Shown here: piece after piece, positions 16,366 to 22,796 of the stretch
Numbering within the stretch: position 1 is the first letter of the stretch
Layout of the letters: each line of letters begins with the position of its first letter
IMG/VR virus record: IMGVR_UViG_3300025674_000129
Span: 1 to 38,456 of that record
DNA length: 38,456 nt
Strand: one strand, 5' to 3'
From: a virus
Taxonomy: Duplodnaviria; Caudoviricetes
Translations under genes and position numbers: made by a program
The notes under the pieces: model-generated
Seen by the model: only the letters and a program-made list of their open reading frames with translations
Databases searched by the model: none
Told to the model about the DNA's origin: nothing

Positions 16366-16387
16366 GCGGCCCAAGGGGATCAACATG
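16353..16387 (+). repeat. 35-bp gene-junction repeat, copy 2
   Basis: AGAGGCCGCATAAGCGGCCCAAGGGGATCAACATG. Confidence 0.8.
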
Positions 16388-16768
16388 TTAGTGACACTGA
16401 ACGATTCGCCAATCTTTGACGGGATCTGGCACTCACGAAACGGCGATGCTCACGTCATCCCTGAGGTCTGGGTGGTATGCCCGAAGTGCAGCGGTGAGGG
16501 CACCACCGGCAACCCTGCCTTCGACGGCATGAGCCTGTCAGAGATAGACGATTGTGACCGAGACGATTTCATGGATGGCTACATGTCAGGCCGATACGAC
16601 GTGGCCTGCTCCCGATGCAAAGGGCGCACCACCGTCAGAGGGTATGACCTGTCGCAGCTAACGCCAGCACTGCTCGATGAGTACTGGGCTGACGCACGGG
16701 AGATGGAAGAACAACGAGCCGCTGACTGGCGGACACATCAAGCAGAGATGGGGATAAGAGCATGGTAG
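16385..16768 (+). CDS. DnaJ-type zinc-finger protein
   Basis: CPKCSGEG and CSRCKG motifs. Confidence 0.65.
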   Translation: MLVTLNDSPIFDGIWHSRNGDAHVIPEVWVVCPKCSGEGTTGNPAFDGMSLSEIDDCDRDDFMDGYMSGRYDVACSRCKGRTTVRGYDLSQLTPALLDEYWADAREMEEQRAADWRTHQAEMGIRAW

Positions 16769-17169
16769 AGACAGTCGAAACATGGGAGGTGGTGGACGGC
16801 GATGACCGACGCCAGTTCAGCAGCAGATTCGACGCGCTACGCTTCGGCGTCAGATCGGAGGGCATGGTGAAAATCAAACTGTGGCACCACACAGGTGAGA
16901 GGCTAGCCAATGGCTTTGCTTACAAGGGTGAGCACAGCCTCAAGATGGTGGAGTCGGTGACTCTCTATGAGTATGCCGACCACCCGTGGCTGCAATTTGG
17001 ATTTGATGGGTGGCGTGATCTGCAAGAGCAGGTAGCTAAGGACATTGCGCGTGGCGAGGGTGTTATCCGTGACCCAGCGCGTGGATGGGCCGGTGTCGTG
17101 CTATTGGATTACATGCTACAGGCCCAGCAGCTAATGGATGAATCAGGAATCAGGAGGATCGATCTATGA
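16762..17169 (+). CDS. hypothetical protein
   Basis: 135-aa ORF overlapping both neighbours by a few bases. Confidence 0.6.
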   Translation: MVETVETWEVVDGDDRRQFSSRFDALRFGVRSEGMVKIKLWHHTGERLANGFAYKGEHSLKMVESVTLYEYADHPWLQFGFDGWRDLQEQVAKDIARGEGVIRDPARGWAGVVLLDYMLQAQQLMDESGIRRIDL

Positions 17170-17393
17170 ACGCATTGTATACCGATGGCGACGGGCGCTG
17201 GCACTCCCAGTACATAGCCATGACCAAGGGCATGAGCCTCGACTCACTGCTCCACGTCATGCATGACTGTGCCGAAGCGATGGCTGCCAACCCAGACAAT
17301 CCTAAGTGTGGTCAGTATGCCGACGAGCGCCACTACTGCGCGATGGAATTAGAGCGCCGACGCAAGGCATTCAATGCCAAATTTTCCAACTGA
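17166..17393 (+). CDS. hypothetical protein
   Basis: AGGAGG RBS, ATGA coupling, 75 aa; its TGA stop lies within the ribozyme core. Confidence 0.65.
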   Translation: MNALYTDGDGRWHSQYIAMTKGMSLDSLLHVMHDCAEAMAANPDNPKCGQYADERHYCAMELERRRKAFNAKFSN

Positions 17394-17444
17394 TGAGACC
17401 AGATGGTGACTGGTCGAAACGCCGCGAGGCGTCTTGGATAACCA
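17385..17444 (+). ncRNA. hammerhead ribozyme, type I, with pseudoknot
   Basis: UCCAA-CUGAUGA-GACCAG(AUGGUGA)CUGGUC-GAAA-CGCC(GCGA)GGCG-UC^-UUGGA; loop II UGGU complements 3' ACCA; predicted cleavage after C17433. Confidence 0.92.
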
Positions 17445-17458
17445 ACATAGGAGACGTA

Positions 17459-17626
17459 ATGGAAACGGATCAGTGGCTAGAGCGCCGAGAGTTCTGGCAA
17501 ACACAATACAGGGGCGACAACGACAGCGAGTACCAGATCTATCTGGGCTGCGCTGACGATGGTGAGGGCAACGACTTCACCACGGGCAAGCCCCTAAAGA
17601 CATACGAGGAATGGCTTAACAGCTAG
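17459..17626 (+). CDS. hypothetical protein
   Basis: AGGAG RBS then METDQWLERR, 55 aa. Confidence 0.65.
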   Translation: METDQWLERREFWQTQYRGDNDSEYQIYLGCADDGEGNDFTTGKPLKTYEEWLNS

Positions 17627-17670
17627 ACCTCAGTCTCGAACCCTGCGGGGGGTTTGTTACTCAACCCCGC

Positions 17671-17699
17671 TTCAAATACTACGTGAGTCGTGGTACGCT
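17671..17699 (+). promoter_or_regulatory. putative sigma70-type promoter
   Basis: TTCAAA-17 nt-TACGCT with an extended -10 TG; upstream of the RBS of 17730. Confidence 0.4.
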
Positions 17700-17729
17700 G
17701 CACTCACATTATCAATCAGGAGACGGACT

Positions 17730-18068
17730 ATGAATTTCACAGAAGACAATTACTGGAGCAGCCGAGGCCGGTATCAGAGCTTGGCAAACAGGCTTGTCGA
17801 TTTGATCCCATCAATGGGCGAGGTCGAGAACGCCGAACAGCGACCAGAGCTAGAGCTATTCCGACTGGCGCAGAACTACTACTACGACATCTTCAACAAC
17901 GGCGTATGCAATTACGAGGAAGAGATCTGGGAGATGTTCCGTGTCACACCGAAAGACGCTGACATCGAGTCAGACGATGAGAATCTTTTCAAACGAACCG
18001 AGCCAGTCATGGACTCAATCATTCTTGATGCATACGCAGCGGAGTTCACCAACAAGGGGGGTCTGTAA
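17730..18068 (+). CDS. hypothetical protein
   Basis: AGGAG RBS, 112 aa, YYDIFNNG motif. Confidence 0.7.
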   Translation: MNFTEDNYWSSRGRYQSLANRLVDLIPSMGEVENAEQRPELELFRLAQNYYYDIFNNGVCNYEEEIWEMFRVTPKDADIESDDENLFKRTEPVMDSIILDAYAAEFTNKGGL

Positions 18069-18571
18069 TGACTATCAAATCAAAGCGCGGCCCTAACGTG
18101 ACACCCGACGAGCACAAGCTCGTTGTGAAGTTTGCAAAGCAGTGCCTGCGGGAGATCTGCAAGAAGCAATATGAGGTCGAGTATCAAGGCAAGCCTGTCG
18201 TGTATGCCGAAGCTATCAAGCGGCTTCGGGTAAAGACAAAGCATAGCGGTCAAAGAAGTTACGGCTTCAGTGATCTCATTTCCATCGACATGGGTGAATA
18301 CCGCCGAGGCTTAACCTCGTTCACTGAGTACCGCTCGTTTGCTAATGACCCAGTGATCGGCAACATCAACGACTGCGATGACCGTGAACTGCTGCTCAAG
18401 TGCTTGGTTGCCCATGAGGTGGCGCACCACATCCAGATGAAGTACGGGCTGTACACCCGCTATCTCAAGAACACTTTCCACAAGCCGCATGGCGATGCGT
18501 TCAAGACGATCTATCGTGAGCTGCGGCGCACGTTGATCAACCCATACATCGAGAGCAGGGAGGCTGCGTGA
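18068..18571 (+). CDS. SprT-like zinc metalloprotease-domain protein
   Basis: HEVAHH (HExxH) followed by PHG..FK. Confidence 0.65.
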   Translation: MTIKSKRGPNVTPDEHKLVVKFAKQCLREICKKQYEVEYQGKPVVYAEAIKRLRVKTKHSGQRSYGFSDLISIDMGEYRRGLTSFTEYRSFANDPVIGNINDCDDRELLLKCLVAHEVAHHIQMKYGLYTRYLKNTFHKPHGDAFKTIYRELRRTLINPYIESREAA

Positions 18572-19767
18572 TGGAAGGAGATCTATACCAGCATGTCATG
18601 CATGCCCTTAGGAACCCTGAGAAGCGCATTCTTGGGGCCACCAAGGGGACACATCCCGATGGCCCAAGGGTATTGTCTAAGACCTTTGGCAATCGTCTGA
18701 AGGTGGCGCGCAAGTTCGACATCGATGACGCTCTGCTGGAGCGGGTGTTTCAAGAGCCTAGCTGGGCCGAGTTGACTAAGGACAACGGCAACCTGCCGAT
18801 CAAGACGATCACCCGCAACGTGGTGGAAGCCGAGCAGGAACTGAGACTGCCGTTCAAGGATTGTTGGATTGAGTTCAATGCGAAGACGTACAACGCGCAT
18901 GTATCTGATTTCGACTGGGCGACGGGGCTTGTAGGCGTTAGCGGTACCGTTGACAGGCTCTTCGAGTTTGAGAAGGCGGGTATATTCTTGACCGAGAAGT
19001 TTGATGGTCAGATAGATATGCATCTGTTCTTTAGTCTTGACGGCGACAATAGAATATACATGGCGATTCTGGGCCGGAGCGTCAGGAATGGGCCAACCGA
19101 AAAGCCGTTGAGTGAGGTGGGCATTCGGCACGTTTCGCTATTGATGTACGGCGTAGACTTTCAAAACGAGCCATTGTCTGAGGCTTGCAGCGACTACCTT
19201 GACTTGCTCCACAACTCTCGCCTCCATCAAATAAGAGAGGTGTTTGGTAATGAATACACCGACAAGGCATTCGAGAATTTTGTCGAGCCGTGGGCACCGT
19301 ACTATGTGCGGATCTCATGGGAGATACTGCGCGTTCTGAACTACCCGTGGGTAGTCAGAGAGCAGGCCCGATTCGAGAGATCAAAGAAGGGCCGCAGTCC
19401 AAAGGTCACGCCCCGTGATTCGTATTACCGCTGCAAGATCAAGCTACCCAAGCCTAATGGCGTGGAGACTCGGCAGCTAGAGCCACGCGACGAGGCATAC
19501 GGCAAGCGCCTGCATCAGGTGCGTGGGCACTGGCGTGTGTACCGTGATGAACACGGCGACTTCGTCAAGCGTACATGGATCAGAGAGCATAGGCGTGGCG
19601 ATGCCAAGCTAGGCGTAGTGCTAAAGGACTATGTGCTGACCGGCGAAGGTACGTCTTCCGCCCAAAAAGGTACATCTTGCGCCCAAAAAGGTACGTCTTG
19701 CGCCCAAACTGGCGGCAACGTATCATCAACAAACACATCACAACCAACGGAGAACGTGAATGGATAA
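18568..19767 (+). CDS. hypothetical phage protein with C-terminal 7-aa repeats
   Basis: 399 aa; RLHQVRGHWR...WI..H.RGD motif; three GTS(S/C)AQ(K/T) units. Confidence 0.7.
   Translation: MMEGDLYQHVMHALRNPEKRILGATKGTHPDGPRVLSKTFGNRLKVARKFDIDDALLERVFQEPSWAELTKDNGNLPIKTITRNVVEAEQELRLPFKDCWIEFNAKTYNAHVSDFDWATGLVGVSGTVDRLFEFEKAGIFLTEKFDGQIDMHLFFSLDGDNRIYMAILGRSVRNGPTEKPLSEVGIRHVSLLMYGVDFQNEPLSEACSDYLDLLHNSRLHQIREVFGNEYTDKAFENFVEPWAPYYVRISWEILRVLNYPWVVREQARFERSKKGRSPKVTPRDSYYRCKIKLPKPNGVETRQLEPRDEAYGKRLHQVRGHWRVYRDEHGDFVKRTWIREHRRGDAKLGVVLKDYVLTGEGTSSAQKGTSCAQKGTSCAQTGGNVSSTNTSQPTENVNG
19646..19708 (+). repeat. 3 x 21-bp tandem repeat
   Basis: AAGGTACRTCTTSCGCCCAAA at 19646, 19667 and 19688. Confidence 0.9.
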
Positions 19768-20233
19768 TGTAATTAAGCTCCCGACAAGGGACATGTGGAG
19801 AAATGCCGTCGAGATCTGGGACGGCTACCGGATGACACTTGATCCTTGCCAGCGGTGGATACCCATGCTGACAGGCACCGGCCTGTCAGAGGCTAAGGCC
19901 GAGAAGCATCTGCGAGAGATGGTCGGGATCATCCCTGACTTCTATCAAACGGCAGTGATACACACTGATCGCAACGGCACCATTGAAGAGTTCGCTCGAA
20001 TCATGGACGAGTGCTATGGCTGGGGTGGATTCAACGACTCTGTGTTCAACGGCACGGTGACCGATAGCGGCGTTTACACCAGCGAGTATGACGAGGACGA
20101 GGATCTATACCCGCTAGCCCATCTCATCATGTCAACTGAAAGCGAGGCTGACGTTGAGTGTTACATCTACGAGTATGGGATCGTCGCTCTGATTGATGCT
20201 TGGGGTGAATCAAAAGTAGCGAGGTTCGACTAA
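19760..20233 (+). CDS. hypothetical protein
   Basis: GGAG RBS, 157 aa, coupled to neighbours. Confidence 0.65.
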   Translation: MDNVIKLPTRDMWRNAVEIWDGYRMTLDPCQRWIPMLTGTGLSEAKAEKHLREMVGIIPDFYQTAVIHTDRNGTIEEFARIMDECYGWGGFNDSVFNGTVTDSGVYTSEYDEDEDLYPLAHLIMSTESEADVECYIYEYGIVALIDAWGESKVARFD

Positions 20234-20559
20234 TGAACTACAATACTTTTGAGGTGATCCATGAAGAGATCGAAGAGAAGATCGATCAGCTAGAGAAGGC
20301 GCAGTATACCCTTGCCTCCGTCGAGTCGAGCTTCAAGTCTTACGAGGCATCAACAAAGAAGGCTTACATGGACGCTGGCATGAGCGCCGTGGCAGCCGAG
20401 ACTGAGATGAGGGCGGTAGAGAAAGGCTGGCGAGACATCTACCTGAACGTTCAAGAACATTCCAGCCGAGTAGAAAAGATCAAGCGCACGATCAAGCTGC
20501 TAGAGATGCGGCACGACGCGCTTCGATCTGCCAAGGCTGACGCAAGGAGAGTGGTGTGA
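20233..20559 (+). CDS. coiled-coil hypothetical protein
   Basis: 108 aa, helical heptad pattern, TAATG coupling. Confidence 0.65.
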   Translation: MNYNTFEVIHEEIEEKIDQLEKAQYTLASVESSFKSYEASTKKAYMDAGMSAVAAETEMRAVEKGWRDIYLNVQEHSSRVEKIKRTIKLLEMRHDALRSAKADARRVV

Positions 20560-20792
20560 CAGGGAACGAGAAGAACAAGTTCAGAGATCTGCTTGCGAAC
20601 AAGAAGAATGTCTCTGAGATCCAAGAGATCCTGCTGAACAAGGCGACGATGATGGTTGCGTACCCAGATGCATCAGCAGATGAAAGTGATATGTGGGACT
20701 GGCAGGTTAGCGCCTGTCGAGTAGAACTGAGAAGGCGGTGGCAGGCCATGCACCCGCTAACAACCGTAATGCCGAAGGAGATAGTGCAATGA
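20556..20792 (+). CDS. hypothetical protein
   Basis: AGGAG RBS, GTGA coupling. Confidence 0.6.
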   Translation: MTGNEKNKFRDLLANKKNVSEIQEILLNKATMMVAYPDASADESDMWDWQVSACRVELRRRWQAMHPLTTVMPKEIVQ

Positions 20793-21013
20793 GTTTACTG
20801 AAGACCCAGTACATACAACTGACCAACGAAGAGGGGGCGCTGCTGAACAGGCTCCTGTCTAGCTCTAAAGATGATCCCCGATTGCACGGACTGATTGGCA
20901 CCTGCCTATGGGACATGGGGCACAGTCCAGAAGAAGAGGCCAACGCGAAAGCCTTGTGGACTAGCTTGCAATCAAAGGTTAAGGAGGCGTTCAATGACAA
21001 GTCTGATGGATGA
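20789..21013 (+). CDS. hypothetical protein
   Basis: AAGGAG RBS; start MSLLKTQ at 20789. Confidence 0.6.
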   Translation: MSLLKTQYIQLTNEEGALLNRLLSSSKDDPRLHGLIGTCLWDMGHSPEEEANAKALWTSLQSKVKEAFNDKSDG

Positions 21014-21221
21014 TATGGTTGAGATCATGGAACTAGCTGATGAGATTTTGTCAAGTGGTCGAGGTGATGACTACGAAGTTACAATAGTGTATCGACAAGA
21101 CCACGGGTCAAAGACAGAGACCCAAACCTTTAGAGGTGTGCGTCTTGAGGAAATCTCTGGACTCGCGCCGATCAGTGATGGCTGGCTGATCGACTCACTA
21201 ACCGCAAAAAAGTTTAGGTAA
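20994..21221 (+). CDS. hypothetical protein
   Basis: TAAGGAGG RBS; start MTSLMDD at 20994. Confidence 0.6.
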   Translation: MTSLMDDMVEIMELADEILSSGRGDDYEVTIVYRQDHGSKTETQTFRGVRLEEISGLAPISDGWLIDSLTAKKFR

Positions 21222-21246
21222 TACTGAGCCTCACGTTGTGCAGGTC

Positions 21247-21359
21247 AGCGGCGGGGTCAGTGCAAATGCGCTCTATAGGGGCGCACTCCAAAAGTGAAAT
21301 AGATGCGATGAAGTGGATGGCTCAAGTTCTTGGAAGATCCGAATCGCATCAACCGCCGC
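21247..21359 (+). ncRNA. candidate multi-helix structured RNA
   Basis: GCGGCGG/CCGCCGC closing stem enclosing UGCGCUC/GGGCGCA and GAUGCGAU/AUCGCAUC helices. Confidence 0.45.
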
Positions 21360-21362
21360 ACC

Positions 21363-21467
21363 ATGAAACTCAATGACGAAGAAACAAAGATAGGGATCAA
21401 GGTTGGCATAGGGATTGTCGTGACAACCTATGCGCTATCGTTTCTTCTGCCTTACATTATCGGATAA
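21363..21467 (+). CDS. 34-aa single-pass membrane peptide (not in the ORF track)
   Basis: MKLNDEETKIGIKVGIGIVVTTYALSFLLPYIIG*; stops 3 nt before the next gene; no clear RBS. Confidence 0.45.
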   Translation: MKLNDEETKIGIKVGIGIVVTTYALSFLLPYIIG

Positions 21468-21470
21468 CTT

Positions 21471-22181
21471 ATGCTCGACTTTACAGATCTTATCGGCTCA
21501 ATGTCTATCGTTGAGTTCGAGGCAAACCATCGTGGCAAATCCTTTGCCGTGTTCCCCCAAACCGAAGCCCGAACAGAACTGTTCGACAACATCATTGACT
21601 GGCAGCAGTTCAACAGCTATCTGAACAATGACCGCGCCACCGCTGGGATGCAGGCCATAACGCCTGAGGGTCGTAAGCTTTGCATGGAGCGGGGCAACCT
21701 TGAGCGAGAGAGCAGGCCCAACTGGAGTCGCAAGGACTACTACGAGAAGAAGTATCTGCATGATATCTGGAATCAAGGCGGGTCTATAATCATGACCAAG
21801 GCATCACTGCTTACGCCTAGAATCAGCATGATCGCTGGTGCGATTGAGCAATACTACATGGGCGCAGCCGACGCACACTTCTATTGCAGCGGCAAACCCA
21901 ACTCCTCTACCTTTCCCTTTCATATCGATCAGGACGATAACTTCTTGGTGCATGCACAGGGAGACGTTAGCTGGGAGATAGCGAACACTTTCGAGAATGA
22001 CGATGATGATGTCACGTCACTGGATCTGACCGTGGGAGATCTCCTATACATTCCCAAGGGTCTCATGCACAGAGCCATACCTAAGACCAAACGAATCTCT
22101 ATCTCCGTGCCAGTGGCAGAGCGCAAAGCAAACGAAGGCGCACTGAAGACGCAAGACAGAACGTACTACGACTTTGCATAA
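21471..22181 (+). CDS. JmjC/cupin-family 2OG-Fe(II) oxygenase
   Basis: H.D (FHIDQDDNF) and distal His (GDLLYIPKG..H.A) facial triad. Confidence 0.8.
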   Translation: MLDFTDLIGSMSIVEFEANHRGKSFAVFPQTEARTELFDNIIDWQQFNSYLNNDRATAGMQAITPEGRKLCMERGNLERESRPNWSRKDYYEKKYLHDIWNQGGSIIMTKASLLTPRISMIAGAIEQYYMGAADAHFYCSGKPNSSTFPFHIDQDDNFLVHAQGDVSWEIANTFENDDDDVTSLDLTVGDLLYIPKGLMHRAIPKTKRISISVPVAERKANEGALKTQDRTYYDFA

Positions 22182-22188
22182 GAGGGTT

Positions 22189-22300
22189 GCCCCGCACAGG
22201 TAGAAGGAGATACCTGCGCGGGGCGGGGGCAACGTCAAGGAGAGACGAGACGTTGTAGGGATTCTAGTGGACGTATGTGGATAGCGCAAGACAGCATACG
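22189..22300. other. tandem hairpins with AAGGAGA loops between convergent genes
   Basis: hairpins at 22189-22224, 22230-22255 and 22272-22300. Confidence 0.55.
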
Positions 22301-22307
22301 AATCATG

Positions 22308-22796
22308 TCAATCATCAGATCTGATGTTGATGTAGTCCTTATCGATTGCCTGAAGACCCATGCGAAACATACCCAAGTGCTCCGGTGGCGGCCTATTATC
22401 TGTCGCAATGCACTGGATAATTATCCCTGTTGATTCTTCTCCAACAATCTCTTCCAGCAAGTTACATATGTCTCTCAACTTCAAAAGACTATGCGTAAAA
22501 GTATTTCTTTTGAATCTACCTGAGGCGCTTGGCGCGGACTCCAAGTCAATGCCCCTTACAAATGCGCCAGCATCTACCATAACCTGCAACAAATACTCCG
22601 CTGCCTTGTGCTCCATGTCTGTGATCAAGCCAGTAATCAACAATTTATCGATCATTAACTGATCGGTAACCCGCGCTCTTGATACTACCTCGCCATCATC
22701 CTTCTCAAGGACAACACGATGCCGCTCATGCAGCATTGGGTTGCCCACATCATTCACAACGTCTTTACTAGATGTCCCAGTCACTTTCTCTTTCAT
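22308..22796 (-). CDS. hypothetical protein (possible transcription regulator)
   Basis: likely start MKEKV at 22796; ID.L...G.IT..EH.AA motif; downstream of the primase. Confidence 0.55.
   Translation of the reverse strand: MKEKVTGTSSKDVVNDVGNPMLHERHRVVLEKDDGEVVSRARVTDQLMIDKLLITGLITDMEHKAAEYLLQVMVDAGAFVRGIDLESAPSASGRFKRNTFTHSLLKLRDICNLLEEIVGEESTGIIIQCIATDNRPPPEHLGMFRMGLQAIDKDYINIRSDD

Noticed and set aside
21037-21060. CTGATGA inside ORF 20994-21221
   Set aside because: No downstream GAAA or stem III; ordinary coding sequence
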